Below are positions 61,326 through 64,000 of a stretch of DNA of 64,000 nt, piece by piece. Within the stretch, counting starts at the first letter, position 1. Every line of letters begins with the position of its first letter. Under the pieces are notes generated by a model. The model had not been told where the DNA came from, did no database searches, and was given only the letters and a program-made list of their open reading frames with translations. The DNA comes from Mustelus asterias (taxonomy: Eukaryota), in contig NW_027590138.1 in assembly GCF_964213995.1 (NCBI RefSeq), forward strand, positions 310,001 through 374,000, in the 5' to 3' direction. The position numbers and the translations under genes were made by a program.

Positions 61326-62209
61326 GATCAATGACATGTCATTGATGAAGACAAACATCTCGCCAAGGCCATCCCCACACCCCCACTTCTTGCCTTCAAA
61401 CAACCGCACAACCTCAAACAGACCATTGTCCGCAGCAAACTAACCAGCCTTCAGGAGAACAGTGACCACGACACCACACAACCCTGCCATAGCAAACTCT
61501 GCAAGATGTGCCGGATCATCGACACGGATGCCATCATCTCACGTGAGAACACCATCTACCAGGTACACGGTACCTACTCTTGCAACTCGGCCAATGTTGT
61601 CTACCTGATACGCTGCAGGAAAGGATGCCCCGAGGCATAGTACATTGGGGAAACCATGCAGACGCTACGACAACGGCTGAATGAACACCGCTCGACAATC
61701 ACCAGGCAAGACTGTTCTCTTCCTGTTGGGGAACACTTCAGCGGTCATGGGCATTCAGCCTCTGATCTTCGGGTAAGCATTCTCCAAGGCGGACTTCACG
61801 ACACACGACAGCGCAGAGTCGCTGAGCAGAACTGAGAGCCAAGTTCCGCACACATGAGGGCGACCTAAACCGGGATGTTGGGTTCATGTCACACTATCGG
61901 TAACCCCCACAGCTTGCCTCCTGGACTTGCAGAATCTCACTGGCTGTCCTGTCTGGAGACAATACTCATTTCATTAACCTGTGCCTAATGCTCCCTCCAC
62001 TCACACTGTCTGTATCTTTAAGACCTGATTAGCTGTAAAGATTCGCATTCTAATCAGTATTCTGTAACTTGATTTTCTGTCTCTGTATGCCCTGTTTGAG
62101 AGCAGATATCCACTCAATCGGACAAAGGAGCAGCGCTCCGAAAGCTCATGGCATTTGCTGCCAAATAAACCTGTTGGACTTTAACCTGGTGTTGTTAAAA
62201 CTCTTACTG
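61326..62209 (+). mobile_element. Penelope element, 5'-truncated, in the ZNF-G intron
   Basis: GIY-YIG coding remnant; 13-bp duplication TGGATTCAGTTCT at 61313-61325 and 62210-62222. Confidence 0.92.
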
Positions 62210-62429
62210 TGGATTCAGTTCTCCAGCTCCTGTCTGCAGACTGACAGTAAAACCAATGGGTCTTATTGGGGGTGTTGGGGCCTCCAGCGGGTGTTTGTGA
62301 ATCCTCCCCGCCCACCTCCCAGGGTTTCCTTCCTTCCCAGAGATCAGAGTCCTCATTGATTTGAGGCCAAAGTGTAACCTCTTATTTATTGTCCCCCTCC
62401 CCCATCCTCTGATGTGAACCATCCTCCAG

Positions 62430-63180
62430 TGGCTGAGCCAGGATGGGGCCGTTAACCTGGGCCTGTTCCCGGGAGGGAGGGAGGGAGAAGCCCCGCAGCT
62501 GCAAACCAGGGAGCTGACAATGATTCTGAAGGGTTTGCGGATCCACAAAGTGTTTCCAAATCCTCCCAGCCACCGCCTAACGCTGACTCCGCTTCTCCGG
62601 GACAAACAAGCGCCAAGGACAGCAATGACACTGCGCATGCTCCGCATCACAATGCCCAGGGGACTGATTGACGGCAGCTCCGAACCAATCGGAAGAGGGG
62701 GCGGGACTGGAGGACCGAGCGGGAGCGGCTGGTCCTCCAACCAATCGGAGTGAATGAGGGGCAGACCTGAAACATGCGCAGCTCCGGACCAATCGGAAGA
62801 GTTCCCTGTTCCACGCATGGGAGAAGTGCGCATGCGCGGTAAGCAAAGGCGTTTGCAGCACGCGCAGTGCGGGTGACAGCGACTGGAGAGAAGTTCCTGT
62901 GTCTCATCAGCAGCCGGTAAGGATGCAGAAACATAGAGGGAGCAATGGAACCGGCGGATGGACGTAGAGGGTTTCTAAATACCTGTTGAAGGCCTCAAAC
63001 ATCGAATATGAGCCCGTAGGTCCCGTGTTTGCAGCTTCAGGTCTTTTTCCCGAGACAAAGCTCAGGTTAACAGCCGCCATCTTGATTGAGCAGGGAGCAG
63101 AGCGCATGCGCTGGTGTTTTGGTGACGCAACCGTGAGGGGGCGGGTCTTTGTGTTTCTGCTCCCACCGGGTCCTAGTGCT
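62430..63180. promoter_or_regulatory. Bidirectional promoter for ZNF-G (-) and a predicted + strand partner
   Basis: TGATTGACGG-N10-CCAAT; further CCAAT boxes; GC boxes; NRF1-type motifs at 62828 and 63102; YY1 GCCGCCATCTTG at 63073-63084. Confidence 0.8.
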
Positions 63181-63334
63181 CGGAAACATGACTAAATTTG
63201 AGCAGCAGATTTTCAAACAGCTTCACCCACTCCCAGGCTGCACCTCACGTTTGCAGCCGAGAGAAGTTAATGGGTCATGTACATATTCAGTATGAGAGGT
63301 GGCATCCGGAATACTTACCTGAAGCGGTTACACG

Positions 63335-64000
63335 GCTTTTGTACTTGTTGGAGTTTAGAAGGTTGAGGAGGAATTTATTGAAACTTACAGGGTACGGCGT
63401 GGCCTGGACAGAGTGGACATGGAGAGGATGTTTCCACTAGTAGGAAAAACTAGAACCAGAGGGCACAACCTCAGACTAAAGGGATGTTCCTTTCAAACAG
63501 AGATGAGGAAGAATTTCTTCAGCCAGAGTCATCGAGGTTTACAGCATGGAAACAGGCCCTTCGGCCCAACTTGTCCATGCTGCCCTTTTTTTTAAAACCC
63601 CTGAAGCGAATCCCAATTGCCTACATTTGGCCCATATCCCTCTATTCCCATCCTACCCATGTAACTATCTAAATGCTTTTTAAAAGATACAATTGTACCC
63701 ACAGCTTGTTCCAGACACTCACCACCCTCTGTGTGAACAAATTGCCCCTCTGGACACTTTTGTATCTCTCCCCTCTCACCTTAAACCTGTGCCCTCTAGT
63801 TTTAGACTCCCCTACCTTTGGGAAAAGATATTGACTATCTACCTTTGGGAAAAGATATTGACTATGCCCCTCATTATTTTATAGACTTCTATAAGATCAC
63901 CCCTCAGCCTCCTACGCTCCAGAGAAAAAAGTTCCAGTCCATTCAGCCTCTCCTTATACTCAATCCATCAAGTCCCGGTAGCATCCTACTAAATCTTTTC
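63335..64000. mobile_element. CR1 fragments (+ 63335-63525; - 63525-64000)
   Basis: LEFRRLRRNL motif; reverse complement of the CR1 3' end seen at 57200-57660. Confidence 0.85.

Overview
Vertebrate genomic DNA, most likely from a cartilaginous fish (shark). This is inferred from HE1-like tRNA SINEs, abundant CR1/L2 LINEs, Penelope elements and shark-type TCR V segments; the species cannot be determined. The window has two domains. (1) About 4-21 kb is the edge of a T-cell receptor alpha/delta V array: nine V segments in mixed orientation, each followed by a 23-type RSS or its remnant. One is fully intact (9266-10273, missed by the ORF track), one is an open ORF with a divergent RSS (18300-19054), and the other seven are defective. 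No D, J or C segments were found. (2) About 23.9-64 kb is a cluster of seven C2H2 zinc-finger genes or pseudogenes with no KRAB domain, the fingers lying in one terminal exon. At least two head-to-head pairs (probably three) sit on a paralogous bidirectional promoter cassette (NRF1, YY1, CCAAT, GC-box, PBX-decamer motifs) whose two arms are diverged inverted copies of each other. Eight Penelope-family insertions are scattered through the window. Several carry minimal hammerhead ribozymes with covarying stems, 9-13 bp target duplications, and junction fillers copied from neighbouring DNA. A solo-LTR-like element containing a 46-bp minisatellite lies at 33.7-35.9 kb. Repeat family names are pattern-based, not database-verified.
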